From NCBI RefSeq assembly GCF_000025505.1, contig NC_013849.1, positions 2,070,001-2,102,000 on the forward strand: a stretch of DNA of 32,000 bases. Reading direction: 5' to 3'. This DNA is from Ferroglobus placidus DSM 10642 (lineage in GTDB: Archaea; Halobacteriota; Archaeoglobi; Archaeoglobales; Archaeoglobaceae). A model generated the notes under the pieces. It searched no databases and was not told the DNA's origin. It saw only the letters and a list, made by a program, of their open reading frames with translations. Both the position numbers and the translations under genes were made by a program. Of the stretch, positions 1 through 7,968 are shown piece by piece. The stretch's first letter is position 1; every line of letters begins with the position of its first letter.

Positions 1-1
1 A

Positions 2-64
2 GAGAAGGGCGATTTTTCCGAGTTTATTCCGCTCGAAAAACTCGATGAGGCTTTGGAAGAATGA
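2..64 (+). CDS. C-terminal end of a RelB-like antitoxin, truncated by the window edge
   Basis: Open frame ...EKGDFSEFIPLEKLDEALEE* ends in an ATGA overlap with the next (RelE-like) frame. Confidence 0.45.
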   Translation, partial: EKGDFSEFIPLEKLDEALEE

Positions 65-315
65 GCTACAGCGTTTTTCTTCATCCGCAGGTCGTTAAAT
101 TTCTCAAGAAGATTCCTAAAACGGATGTCGAAAGGATCAAAACTAAACTCGCCGAACTTTCCGATCCTACTCCGTAAAAGCCGTCAAGCTGAAAGGTAAA
201 GATGCATTCAGAGTTAGGATCGGAGACTACAGAAATTCTCTATACCGTTGATGATTCCAAGAAAGTCGTTGTGGTCTTCAAAATCGATAAGAGAAGCAGA
301 GTTTATGATCGATAG
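61..315 (+). pseudogene. RelE/ParE-family toxin with two compensating frameshifts
   Basis: MSYSVFLHPQVVKFLKKIPKTDVERIKTKLAELSDPTP* is followed in another frame by AVKLKGKDAFRVRIGDYR, then back in the original frame by LYTVDDSKKVVVVFKIDKRSRVYDR*. This is the RelE layout broken by about -1 near 175-180 and +1 near 233-238. Confidence 0.75.
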
Positions 316-395
316 TTCTCATCAACTGGCTCGGATGCAAATTTGCACCTGATTAAATTAAAGCTTGGACAATAGAACATTTCAGCGAAAGATAG

Positions 396-896
396 CTATA
401 CGCCTAAGCGTTCTCTTAACCACCGATTGTACTCCTCGAAGATTTTTTCTGGAATGGGGTTCATGACTGGAACATCCCTTACTTTCCGCATTAGCTTTAA
501 ATCGACAGTGTAAATTGTGGCTTTGAACATTTTGGCTAATGCTACAATGTATCCATCCCAAGACTCAACGCTGTAACCTAAGGCATTCGTTAGCGAATCC
601 AATGCAGTATCAACGCTGATATCTTCGTAAAAAGCTGGGGATCGAGTTTTCAGCGTTCTCGTAAGGGCTTCGTATGCGGATACCTTTTCTACTTTCAGAT
701 ATCTTGTCAAAATGTGGTAAGCATCTAAGATTGCTGACATTGGGATTACACACTTCTTCTTCCACTTTAGAACATCCGATAAAAATTCAAGTGCAACATC
801 TTTGGCCGGATTCTCAAAGTGAGATATCACTATTAGCCCAACATCTATTACTCCTTCAATCCGATCTTTTCCAAACCGTATTTTCTCGTCATCCAT
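396..896 (-). CDS. PIN-domain toxin (VapC-like)
   Basis: ORF of 166 aa with IVISHFENPAKDVALEFL, YHILTRYLKV and SWDGYIVALAKMFKATIYTVDLKL. Overlaps an upstream AbrB-like antitoxin. Confidence 0.65.
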   Translation of the reverse strand: MDDEKIRFGKDRIEGVIDVGLIVISHFENPAKDVALEFLSDVLKWKKKCVIPMSAILDAYHILTRYLKVEKVSAYEALTRTLKTRSPAFYEDISVDTALDSLTNALGYSVESWDGYIVALAKMFKATIYTVDLKLMRKVRDVPVMNPIPEKIFEEYNRWLRERLGV

Positions 897-1120
897 TTTT
901 CTTCCTCCTCAACTTCAGAAACAAAAGCTTTCGGTGCGTTATTCTTCAAAAATTCAATCAAATCGTCCACCTTTTTCTCAAGATCCTCTCTTTGAACTCT
1001 AATTACTATTTCGTCTTCTCTTACACTCAGCGTAAGCTCGGAGTTCTCGTGAATGCCAAGCCTCTCCCTAATCTCCTTCGGCAGAACTATTCTCCCATAC
1101 CTGTCAACCCTCACTTTCAC
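848..1120 (-). CDS. AbrB/SpoVT (VapB-type) antitoxin
   Basis: MKVRVDRYGRIVLPKEIRERLGIHENSELTLSVREDEIVI is the classic AbrB swapped-hairpin pattern. 3' end overlaps the PIN gene. Confidence 0.85.
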   Translation of the reverse strand: MKVRVDRYGRIVLPKEIRERLGIHENSELTLSVREDEIVIRVQREDLEKKVDDLIEFLKNNAPKAFVSEVEEEEKWMTRKYGLEKIGLKE

Positions 1121-1204
1121 GTTAAACCATTGGATTGGAAATTTATAAAATTTTTGGCGAATGGCAAGTTGAATGGCAAAAAACTGCTTTTGGTCATTCT
1201 CTGG

Positions 1205-1497
1205 AACGAATTTACTTCAAAACTTCATTATTTCTTCGCCTGAGCCAAATACAGCGCGTCGTAAATCGGAACGCTTTTCTCGACTGCGGTCTCTAGGGTA
1301 TTATTTTTGCTTTTTCGTCCGAAATACTTCTGTACAGAACGTGGTGCTTCCAGATAGCGTTTAAAACTTCAGCCAGCGCCAGTGTTATAGAACGTAAATC
1401 GCTCTCCTGCAAATATCGCTCAATAGCCGCTCAGTTTTCCTCTCTCAAGACGTATTTGGCGAGAGAAGAGGAGTCAATTACTATCGCGATTCCCCTC
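1205..1497 (-). pseudogene. Degraded VapC/PIN toxin relic
   Basis: Minus-strand reads in different frames: IAIVIDSSSLAKYVLREEN*, then IERYLQESDLRSITLALAEVLNAIWKHHVLYRSISDEKAKI, then ETAVEKSVPIYDALYLAQAKK*. PIN motifs are in the right order, with frameshifts and missing middle sequence. Confidence 0.7.
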
Positions 1498-1640
1498 TCA
1501 CGTACTTTTCAGCGGTTCCCTTTTCAGCTCCCGGTAAGTTTGCCAATTAGATGTTGCATTTTGAGTTTACGTGTGTCAGCACAGAAGTTGCTTAAATGCA
1601 ATTGATGAGTTTAAGTGAGAGAGGTAAGAAATAAACAGGC

Positions 1641-2129
1641 TCAGATCTGCCCTAGATACCTTTTCTTCAAATCTTCCAAGACTTCTTCAAGCTTTTTACC
1701 TTTAGCAAGCTTTTCAACTGCTTCTGTGTCCAAAACTAAATACTTGCCACTCTTCAAGCCGTATTTGATCATCTCCTTGTCTCCTGTCCAGATAGGGGCG
1801 TTTAGCTTTAAAGACAGAGCAATAAAAGGAGTGTCACTTTCATCAAATTGCCTTGCTATTTCATAAGCTTCTGGGATTTTGTCAAAATAAACATACTCTC
1901 CGCATATACGAATTCTCTTGGGCAAAACTTGTGTGATTGCAAACCACAAATCCCTCTCGCTAAAATCCGTATATTTGGAGATCTTGTCGTAATGTCTGAG
2001 AATTTCGAAATACGTGTAGGCGGGAGTGAAAAGAGATATTCGATCTTCCTTCATCAACAAATCCTTAATCTTCTTACTTTTTAACAAAGCTGAGATGATA
2101 ATGTTTGTATCGATGATCAACCTAATCAT
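1641..2129 (-). CDS. PIN-domain protein (toxin candidate), copy A
   Basis: 162 aa: MIRLIIDTNIIISALLKSKK...DESDTPFIALSLKLNAPIWTGDKEMIKYGLKS. PIN acidic positions intact. Overlaps its upstream partner. Confidence 0.8.
   Translation of the reverse strand: MIRLIIDTNIIISALLKSKKIKDLLMKEDRISLFTPAYTYFEILRHYDKISKYTDFSERDLWFAITQVLPKRIRICGEYVYFDKIPEAYEIARQFDESDTPFIALSLKLNAPIWTGDKEMIKYGLKSGKYLVLDTEAVEKLAKGKKLEEVLEDLKKRYLGQI
1761..1883. repeat. Direct repeat unit 1 (C-terminal PIN segment)
   Basis: By hand alignment, matches 2494-2616 at about 116 of 123 positions. The 5' halves of the two genes do not align. Confidence 0.85.
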
Positions 2130-2361
2130 TGATCAATCCTTTTTCTTTCAATTCTTCCTTGAGTTTTTTCCATGCAGAATCCTTTATAGCTTCGCTCAGC
2201 ATTTCAACATCCTCATCAGTAATTTTTGATTTTTCAAGAGTTTTATTCCATACTGCCTCTATCATTATCTCGTCGATTCTCTCGGAGACAACTTTTCGAA
2301 TCTGCTCCACGATACTTTCATCAACCCAGTCAGGGACTTCTATCTGGATGATCTTACCCAT
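2122..2361 (-). CDS. Small antitoxin-like partner of PIN copy A
   Basis: 79 aa MGKIIQIEVPDWVDESIVEQIRKVVSER...KEKGLIND. Overlaps the PIN ORF by 8 nt and is paralogous to 2843..3079. Confidence 0.65.
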   Translation of the reverse strand: MGKIIQIEVPDWVDESIVEQIRKVVSERIDEIMIEAVWNKTLEKSKITDEDVEMLSEAIKDSAWKKLKEELKEKGLIND

Positions 2362-2376
2362 ACTTATTTATTAGTC

Positions 2377-2850
2377 CTAAGAAGATAAATACCTTTTCTT
2401 CAAATCCTCCAAAACCTCTTCGAGCTTTCTGCCTTTGGTAAGCTCTTCAACTGCCTGAGTGTCTAAGGCTAAATACTTATCACTTTTCAAACCGTATTTG
2501 ATCATCTCCTTGTCTCCTGTCCAGATAGGGGCGTTGAGCTTCAAAGACAGAGCAATAAAAGGAGTGTCACTTTCATCAAATTGTCTCGCTATGTCATAAG
2601 CTTCGGAGATTTTGTCCCTGTAGTATTCCCGTGGGACAATACCAATCCGAGTAAACAAAATGTGAAAGCACTCCTCCAATTCTTCAGAATTAAACTTCTC
2701 AAAGTGTTTCTGTATTTCGATTAGGAGCTCCTCTGGAGCAATTAGCTCTATAATTGAGCTGAAAAATATTATTTTCCTTAATATCCTACTCTTTTTTCCC
2801 TTGATCAAAGAGCTAAAAACGATGTTCGAATTCACAACAAGTTTAATCAT
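2377..2850 (-). CDS. PIN-domain protein, copy B (first catalytic Asp replaced by Asn)
   Basis: 157 aa MIKLVVNSNIVFSSLIKGKK...ARQFDESDTPFIALSLKLNAPIWTGDKEMIKYGLKSDKYLALDTQAVEELTKG. C-terminal half near-identical to copy A. Confidence 0.75.
   Translation of the reverse strand: MIKLVVNSNIVFSSLIKGKKSRILRKIIFFSSIIELIAPEELLIEIQKHFEKFNSEELEECFHILFTRIGIVPREYYRDKISEAYDIARQFDESDTPFIALSLKLNAPIWTGDKEMIKYGLKSDKYLALDTQAVEELTKGRKLEEVLEDLKKRYLSS
2494..2616. repeat. Direct repeat unit 2 (C-terminal PIN segment)
   Basis: Same comparison as 1761-1883, e.g. shared gtatttgatcatctccttgtctcctgtccagataggggcg. Confidence 0.85.
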
Positions 2851-3079
2851 TTATTAGCCCTTCTCTTTTGTATATTTCCTTAATTTCTGCCCAAACTCTC
2901 TTTCGAGTTTCTTCGAATGCTTTTAAGTCTCCCTCCGATAACTCGATTTTTTCGATTAAATCTTCAAATCTTTTATAGAGCAAGATGTTCTTTAACTTTT
3001 CATTTATTGCTCTCCTTAACTCTATTAAAATGTCCTCATCAACCCAGTCGGGCACTTCTATCTGGATTATCTTGCCCAT
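2843..3079 (-). CDS. Small antitoxin-like partner of PIN copy B
   Basis: 78 aa MGKIIQIEVPDWVDEDILIELRRAINEKLKNI...KREGLIND. Same start and end as the copy A partner, with a divergent middle. Confidence 0.65.
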   Translation of the reverse strand: MGKIIQIEVPDWVDEDILIELRRAINEKLKNILLYKRFEDLIEKIELSEGDLKAFEETRKRVWAEIKEIYKREGLIND

Positions 3080-3331
3080 GTTTGTTTATTCGCTCCGAAA
3101 TCTTAAATATCTTTTCTTCTATCTGTTTCCCTTAAAAAAGCTCAAGAAGTCAAAAATCGGCGCGGCTTAAACTCTGATTGATGTAAAAAACTGTGTCCAA
3201 AAGCCGAAGAACTTTGAGATACGTGAGCGACTGCGTTTGAGGTAGTGCGTCGAGACGGAGAAAACCCACACCATACGAAGCTTCACAAAGCTACCCCAAA
3301 CTTTATCAACTTTCCGTACTCGTTCAGATAA

Positions 3332-4005
3332 ATGAAGCATAAAGTCAAGCTGAAAGGCACGTTTAGCTTAAGCGAGAAAGATATTTTGGAGTTTCATCCT
3401 TGGGTAAAACCGCTTCTGGAGGAGATAAGAAGCAGAGGATGGAATTACGAGTTTTCCGATGTGAAAGCTGAAGTCGTGGTTGAACTCGATTTAGATGAGT
3501 TGAAACTCAACCTAAGATACTACCTACCCCCTCTGGAGAGATTCGAAGAAGAGGGAACTTACGAGATCTCAGCCGAAGTGGGAAGTGAACCTCCGGCAGT
3601 TCTAAAGATAATCTCAATTGAAAGTTCGCGTATCTACCAAAACTGCTGGAATGCTGCAGAAGTAGACCCCTTCAAACGTGAAATTAACAGCATTAAGGAC
3701 GTTTTGTGGGGCTTTGGGGAAGAAGTCGGTAAGCTTTCTCAGGCGAGGGAAGTTTTCGAAGTTGCAAGATGGTTGATTGAAAAGGGATTCAAACCGGCAA
3801 ACGACTACGTGATCAAAGACTACAAGAAACTCGTCGAAATGTTCGAAAAGTCCTACAAGTTTACATTAACGCTGGAAATTGCGGTTGAAGACGAAAATAA
3901 GGTGCCGGGATGGGGGAGCTTAAAAAGGAGCTGAGCAAATTTTTCTACGAGAGGGGACTTTTGGCGGAGCTGAAGGCGGATCCGTTCAGAAAGCCCATAC
4001 CTTAG
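3332..4005 (+). pseudogene. Uncharacterised protein with an apparent single frameshift near its C-terminus
   Basis: MKHKVKLKGTFSLSEKDILEFHPWVKPLLEEIRSRGWNYEF...VEDENKVPGWG, then a shifted frame gives ELKKELSKFFYERGLLAELKADPFRKPIP* ending at 4005. The shift falls in the run ccgggatgggggag. Confidence 0.5.
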
Positions 4006-4035
4006 TTTCTCTTTACCCTTCAGCGAGATCGAGAG

Positions 4036-4422
4036 TTACCAGCACGAGCTCATTTCAAAACTTCTCGCGCAGTAGTCGAGCACGAGCTTAAATCCTTCTA
4101 AAAACTCCGTTCCGAGCACTATTTCGTCCACTCCTTGGGTAGTTTCCACAAATCCGTCTCTAAATGCTTCAATCTCAGGAATCACGATTCTGGCATAAGA
4201 GCCTGTGGATTCGACAAGCTTTCCTGTAGGAAGAGTTAAAACTCTCTTGTACTGACTCAGCTCGTCGAGACGGAGCTTTTTGAAAACCTCTCTCGGGACG
4301 ACTGCAAAACCTTCGTAGCCCGTGTCGATGACCGCAAGCACCCTGCCGGATTCAGGAAAAGTCACGGAAAGAAGAGGGTTGCTCAGAACGATCTCGATAA
4401 CAGGAGTTCCGTTAACGAACAT
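4036..4422 (-). CDS. Retropepsin-like aspartyl protease family protein
   Basis: 128 aa with VLAVIDTGYEGFAVVPREVFKKLRL (DTG motif) and DEIVLGTEFLEGFKLVLDY (second conserved region of clan AA/COG5550-like proteins). Confidence 0.7.
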   Translation of the reverse strand: MFVNGTPVIEIVLSNPLLSVTFPESGRVLAVIDTGYEGFAVVPREVFKKLRLDELSQYKRVLTLPTGKLVESTGSYARIVIPEIEAFRDGFVETTQGVDEIVLGTEFLEGFKLVLDYCARSFEMSSCW

Positions 4423-4423
4423 A

Positions 4424-4732
4424 CTACTTCCAACCCATTCTCGCGACCGGCTTTATAGGCTCGGAAGAAACTATTTTCACGCTTCTCGGATCTATATTCT
4501 TCTCTTTCAATATTCTCGCGAGCTCTTCGAGGTCGCGAGCTTCAGCGACGAGCTCCTCTCCTCTGTAAGCTCTGAAGACCTTTTTCTTCTTCTCCAGCAT
4601 CGAAAAGTAGATCTTTAAAGCTTCTTCTATAATTTTCGACATCGCACCCTTGCTCGAACCGTATTTTTCTTTCACAAAGCTTCTCAACTTCTTTTCGACC
4701 TCGTCGCTTATCGAGATAGTTAATGTTCCCAT
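4424..4732 (-). CDS. Ribbon-helix-helix protein with C-terminal extension, operonic partner of the retropepsin-like gene
   Basis: MGTLTISISDEVEKKLRSFVKEKYGSSKGAMSKIIEEALKIYF is RHH-like. The tail is YRGEELVAEARDLEELARILKEKNIDPRSVKIVS. Stop TAG and next ATG are separated by 1 nt. Confidence 0.7.
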   Translation of the reverse strand: MGTLTISISDEVEKKLRSFVKEKYGSSKGAMSKIIEEALKIYFSMLEKKKKVFRAYRGEELVAEARDLEELARILKEKNIDPRSVKIVSSEPIKPVARMGWK

Positions 4733-4785
4733 GTAATTACGTATTACATGAATCTTATTTAAATATTTTCTCCTCTCTCCAATTT

Positions 4786-5178
4786 TTAGAAAACCCTCTT
4801 AATACCGGTTTTGTCGAAATCGCTATCGTTTGAGATTATTTCCTCAGCATTCTTTCTCTTAGCAACGGCTAAATGCAAAGAATCTTCGAAGTCCAGTCCG
4901 AAATCGCTCATGATATCTAAAGCTTTTGCGAAATCTTCTTTGACAAGTGGCTCGATTTTCAAACCTCCTATGCTCGTGAATGACTCAACGACGGTTTTAA
5001 CAAATTCTTCATCCGTTAAACTTTTGTTCGTCAATCCGGCGACGATTACGAGAGTTTCGTAGAGAGTCAGAGTGGAAGTTAAGTAATTTCCCTCCTTATC
5101 AATTCTTTTGATCCAGTTTTTGGCTTTTTCACCAAAAGAGGGGTGTCCACAGAGCCAGTAAACGAATACGTTGACGTC
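4786..5178 (-). pseudogene. PIN-domain toxin lacking a recognisable start codon
   Basis: The supplied 82-aa ORF starts at an internal TTG. The frame stays open to a stop at 5230-5232 and reads FSFIDVNVFVYWLCGHPSFGEKAKNWIKRIDKEGNYLTSTLTLYETLVIVAGLTNKSLTDEEF...DFEDSLHLAVAKRKNAEEIISNDSDFD. This is a near full PIN domain with no ATG, GTG or TTG at the expected start. Confidence 0.65.
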
Positions 5179-5465
5179 AATGAAGCTAAAGGATCTGATC
5201 GAGGAGCTTGGACTTTTCGAGAGAAGAACTCAGCAAAAGACATAGCAACGCGTAGAAATTATAGTAGGGCTTTATCAGAAGGTCAAGTTCGTCTGGATTT
5301 TGCATCTGAGAATAGTGAATATATAGTATGCCGTTCTGGTTTTGATCGTATTTTTGGCATTTTACTTCTTACTTGCTCAGCAGAAGTGTCGATAAAGAGG
5401 TTGAGCTGTTGATTGCGATAGAGAAAAAGCGGGGAGTAGAATTCCGAAAAGATTTACGTAAATCT

Positions 5466-6647
5466 TTACTTGAACAGTTCTATAAGGAATTTCGGTATTT
5501 CTTCATCGCTCAGCACGATTACATCTCTGGGATACCTTCTGTGGGGCTTTCCTGCTTTAACTTCAACCTTCAAATCATCTGCAATACAATCTATTTCGTA
5601 AGAGTTCCTGTAGTAGTAAATTTCACCGAATTTTCTGTAGAGGTGCTCCTGAACAACGTTTTCGATGAGTGCGGAGTATAGATAACTCGTATTGCTCCAA
5701 GCGGAAAAAACGTTTAAGAGGAGAGGATCTCTGAAGAATACCTTCCTCTCTTTCCTGTAAAGAACTCTTGAACCTTGCTTTAAATATGCGAAGTCCAGCA
5801 CGTAAAGGTTTTTGAAGAACTCAAGGTATTCCTGAACAGTTTTGTAGGAGTATCCTGAGGTGTCCTGAGCTATCGCTCTAAAGCTAACAGCTGAGGGCAT
5901 TTTGGATATTAGCGAGGCGAGGGTTTCTTTTGCTATCTCCAGACTCTTCCTGAATCTTACAATTTCGCCGATTATAGCGTTAAGGATGTGGGAAGATGAG
6001 AAACCGTTGATCGTCAGTGGAAAACCACCAGTCTCAAGATATTTTTTGAAAAGCTCAACCACTCTGTCGTATTCGAGCTTGTAGTTTTTAACTCCGTGAA
6101 CCTCCACGTATTCTTTAAAGCTGAGAGGTAAAACCTCTACCACTTTTCCCTTCCCAGTTCTTCCCGGAAAGAGCTCAATGTCTCTCCTCACTTTTAGAGA
6201 ACTCGAGCCAGTAACTGTTACAACGCAGTTTCCAAATTTACCTGTGTCGATCATGTATTTCACAGCCTTCCACCACTCTGAAATGCTTGTAACTTCGTCG
6301 AGAAAAACGTACTTCGTCTCTTCGGATCTCACCGCATTGAGATACTCTATTATAGCTTCTCCAAGACTTTCAAAGTCTGGAAAGATGTCGCAATCGATGT
6401 AGATCACGTTTTCGGCCTCAATGGTTTTGACGAGCTCTCTTATAAGTAACTTTAATCCCGTCGTCTTTCCTATCTGTCTCAAACCCAGAACGAAGTTCAA
6501 ACTGAAAGGTTCGAGTGAAAGCTTTTTGATCCACTCCGGAACCCACCTTATCCTCTGGTTTCTATAGTCAACGAGATTTTTGTCCCTCTCCTCCCATTCT
6601 TCTTCAGTCCACCAGGGATTCGAATCTCTCAGTATTTTTAAATACAT
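5466..6647 (-). CDS. AAA ATPase with DUF4143-like C-terminal region
   Basis: 393 aa; Walker A GLRQIGKTT, Walker B YVFLDEV, TVTGSSSLKV, LPLSFKEYVE, and C-terminal DPLLLNVFSAW...YRNSYEIDCIADDLKVEVKAG. Confidence 0.85.
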   Translation of the reverse strand: MYLKILRDSNPWWTEEEWEERDKNLVDYRNQRIRWVPEWIKKLSLEPFSLNFVLGLRQIGKTTGLKLLIRELVKTIEAENVIYIDCDIFPDFESLGEAIIEYLNAVRSEETKYVFLDEVTSISEWWKAVKYMIDTGKFGNCVVTVTGSSSLKVRRDIELFPGRTGKGKVVEVLPLSFKEYVEVHGVKNYKLEYDRVVELFKKYLETGGFPLTINGFSSSHILNAIIGEIVRFRKSLEIAKETLASLISKMPSAVSFRAIAQDTSGYSYKTVQEYLEFFKNLYVLDFAYLKQGSRVLYRKERKVFFRDPLLLNVFSAWSNTSYLYSALIENVVQEHLYRKFGEIYYYRNSYEIDCIADDLKVEVKAGKPHRRYPRDVIVLSDEEIPKFLIELFK

Positions 6648-6670
6648 GAGGAGTTAAACTTCTCACAACT

Positions 6671-6678
6671 ATATAAAG
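6671..6678 (-). promoter_or_regulatory. Archaeal TATA element upstream of the ATPase gene
   Basis: Minus strand CTTTATATAG, about 24-30 nt upstream of the ATG at 6647. Confidence 0.5.
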
Positions 6679-6797
6679 CTTGCTACTATCAGTTCTCCAA
6701 AAGTTATGAAGGAGTTTAGGCTTTTTCTCTGGCAAGCTTTTCAACTACTTCGGTATTTAAGGTTAAAAAAGGCTATATAAAAGGATAAAATCTTTAT

Positions 6798-7865
6798 TTA
6801 GAGCAGATAGGTATTTACCAATCTTTCCACGACTTCATCCCAATCCAGCAATTTTACATCTCCAACATTAACATTCGAAACTCTCTCTATCAGTCTGGCA
6901 AGCTCCGAAACGTTTATTGGGTAATCAATACCGAAAACGTTCTTGTTGTCTATCCATTCACTCAAAGCGGATGTGTTAGCAACAATACAAGGTGTTTTTG
7001 CCGCTAAAGCCTCAGCGACAACGATTCCGTAAGCTTCGTGCTTGGATAAAAGGATGAGGGTGTCAGCCTTTACATACCTCTCGATAAGTTCTTTTCTGCT
7101 TAAGTCCTGATAAAACCTAATCCTGTCGATAACATCTAACTTCTTGGCGAGTTTAACTATCTTCTGCTTGTAACTACCTTTACCGACAATCTCAAGTGTG
7201 AAGTTATCGGGCAAGTATTTCAGCGATTTTACGACGTAATCCAGCCCCTTGTACTTCTCGATTCTCCCGACGTAGAGGATAGTTTTCTTTTCCGTTTCTT
7301 TATCTTTCTTCATCTCACCAACGTCTTTAAACTCATCCAAATTTATTCCGTTCGGGATAACATACATTCTATCGGCAACCTTAAAATTCCTTAAAACCAA
7401 ATTTTTTTCGTAGTTGGAAACGCAAATTATAGCGTCAGCTTTCTCAAAAATTTTCCTGCCTACGAGCTTATACGGTTTGTGCAACAGATTTCTGAAAAAG
7501 CTGTGTCCAGCAGCATGGTAATGCGGAGTGAAGAGAAACTTGTTTTTCTTCTTCGTCAAAGCTGCGAACAAAGCGGGAAATGCGTGGTAGTTGTGAGCGT
7601 GAACCAAATCGTATCTCTCACTATTTTTCTTTAAATATCTGTAAAGCTCAAGTGAGAAATAATAAGCCTCCGAAGGTGCAAAAGATCCAAATCGCCTTAC
7701 GGTAATTCCATCGATCTCTTCAACTTTCGGCAGCTTTCCGCCCGGATCTGTGGTTAGAACCTCAACATCGAACTTCTTCGCTATCCTCTTGGCTATTTCG
7801 TAAACGTGGGTTTCAACTCCTCCGATGTAAGGATGAAAGCGGGGTGTGACGTAGGCAATTTTCAC
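6798..7865 (-). CDS. Glycosyltransferase family 4
   Basis: 355 aa: YVTPRFHPYIGGVETHVYEIAKRIAKKFDVEVLTTDPGGKLP, ILYVGRIEKYKGLDYVVKSL, LLSKHEAYGIVVAEALAAKTPCIVAN. Confidence 0.93.
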   Translation of the reverse strand: MKIAYVTPRFHPYIGGVETHVYEIAKRIAKKFDVEVLTTDPGGKLPKVEEIDGITVRRFGSFAPSEAYYFSLELYRYLKKNSERYDLVHAHNYHAFPALFAALTKKKNKFLFTPHYHAAGHSFFRNLLHKPYKLVGRKIFEKADAIICVSNYEKNLVLRNFKVADRMYVIPNGINLDEFKDVGEMKKDKETEKKTILYVGRIEKYKGLDYVVKSLKYLPDNFTLEIVGKGSYKQKIVKLAKKLDVIDRIRFYQDLSRKELIERYVKADTLILLSKHEAYGIVVAEALAAKTPCIVANTSALSEWIDNKNVFGIDYPINVSELARLIERVSNVNVGDVKLLDWDEVVERLVNTYLL

Positions 7866-7968
7866 GTTCTTAACTTCGCCAACGAACGTATAAGCGTTTT
7901 TGCGTGCACCGATATAGAAGATGTTTTCATATCGAAAACTTTATCATAGAAAGTTCTCAACAATCAGC

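Noticed and set aside
674-1243. 189-aa plus-strand ORF
   Set aside because: Antisense to the AbrB/PIN pair. Low-complexity Ser/Leu/Phe-rich translation typical of a shadow ORF.
2917-3170. Plus-strand ORFs of 61-72 aa
   Set aside because: Shadow ORFs antisense to the 2843..3079 antitoxin gene.
3100-3331. Possible small RNA or C/D box element near gattgatgt
   Set aside because: No clear C box RUGAUGA with a matching CUGA D box at proper spacing. Left as unexplained gap.
5143-5681. Plus-strand ORFs at 5143..5412 and 5373..5681
   Set aside because: The first overlaps the PIN relic antisense, the second the ATPase 3' end. No domain-like composition.
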